Assembly: GCA_963767735.1 (NCBI GenBank)
Contig: CAVYES010000005.1
Location: 529,103-593,102, forward strand
Direction: 5' to 3'
DNA length: 64,000 nucleotides
DNA from: Candidatus Bathyarchaeota archaeon
Lineage (GTDB): Archaea; Thermoproteota; Bathyarchaeia; Bathyarchaeales; Bathycorpusculaceae
Below, piece after piece: positions 63,550 through 64,000 of this stretch. The notes under the pieces were generated by a model. That model did not search any database. It saw only the letters and a program-made list of their open reading frames with translations, and had not been told where the DNA came from. Position numbers and translations under genes: made by a program. Position 1 is the first letter of the stretch. Each line of letters starts with the position of its first letter.

Positions 63550-63855
63550 CTAATTAGGCTGATCGTTTGCAGTTCTCGCTCTAGTTGCCTTAATCCGTTT
63601 TTGCTGAAAAAGCAAAATAGACATCACCATTGGCTCAAAGACAATTGGGTTAGTTGCACAGCTGCTTTCTGAAGCATACGTTCTGCACATATCCATCAGC
63701 TCATCAAAAGCTTCCCGATCAGGCTTGCGCAAGGCTCTAGCGAAGCCGCTCCACCGGTTAATCTCTCCCTCCAGAGCCATCCTGAAAGATTCAACAGTCT
63801 TACCCATGCTTGCTAAGCCTCCAGACAATCTAATTTCTTTATCATAGGCGTTCAC
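63550..63855 (-). CDS. Small conserved archaeal helical protein (arCOG07300-like); probable start MGKTVES
   Basis: MGKTVESFRMAL..W..FARALRKPDREAFD...PIVFEPMVMSILL. Confidence 0.65.
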   Translation of the reverse strand: MNAYDKEIRLSGGLASMGKTVESFRMALEGEINRWSGFARALRKPDREAFDELMDMCRTYASESSCATNPIVFEPMVMSILLFQQKRIKATRARTANDQPN

Positions 63856-64000
63856 TTGGGGCTTACCTTTTTTGAGTGAAATCGCTTAAAAAGTAAATGT
63901 TGAAACGAACTTTTGGAGCAGTGGAGGGATCAGTGAAAGTGAAAATTAACTTCATTAAAATAGCATGTTCTCATGGGCTCTGTCAAGTCTGCAGTTAATC

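Larger units (their letters stand above)
59488..64000 (-). mobile_element. End of an integrative element or provirus, continuing past the window
   Basis: Integrase followed by a run of co-oriented small ORFs. Confidence 0.7.

Noticed and set aside
63001-63672. 223-aa plus-strand ORF
   Set aside because: Antisense to three co-oriented minus-strand ORFs, one of which is a recognisable conserved protein.

Overview
Archaeal chromosomal window, probably Bathyarchaeia (TACK). This is inferred from pantoate kinase, archaeal PPAT, a MesC-like methionine synthase, a PEF-type sorting signal and Cren7-like proteins; there is no marker gene here. Many genes carry single-base frameshifts, which suggests long-read indel errors. 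Contents, in order: glgB and PFK; a cysteine/methionine cluster (cysK, sufS, metY-metX-metW, two regulators) sharing a TATAAC-N3-GTTATA palindrome; a modular non-coding array of 10-bp-period repeats; a duplicated-domain Fe-S membrane protein divergent from an A-type heme-copper oxidase operon with cupredoxins; a Zn/Mn-type ABC transporter with NikR; Met-rich proteins; HtrA; a VapBC pair; NfeD-SPFH; CoA genes with an ECF S component; an RHH-CblS fusion; a four-gene locus with two divergent tubulin/FtsZ-like proteins and two membrane partners (best candidate for an undescribed system); citrate synthase, sdhAB, a rubredoxin-fused FMN oxidoreductase, ComA-like and PrpD genes; and one end of a tyrosine-integrase element with a probable tRNA 3' remnant.
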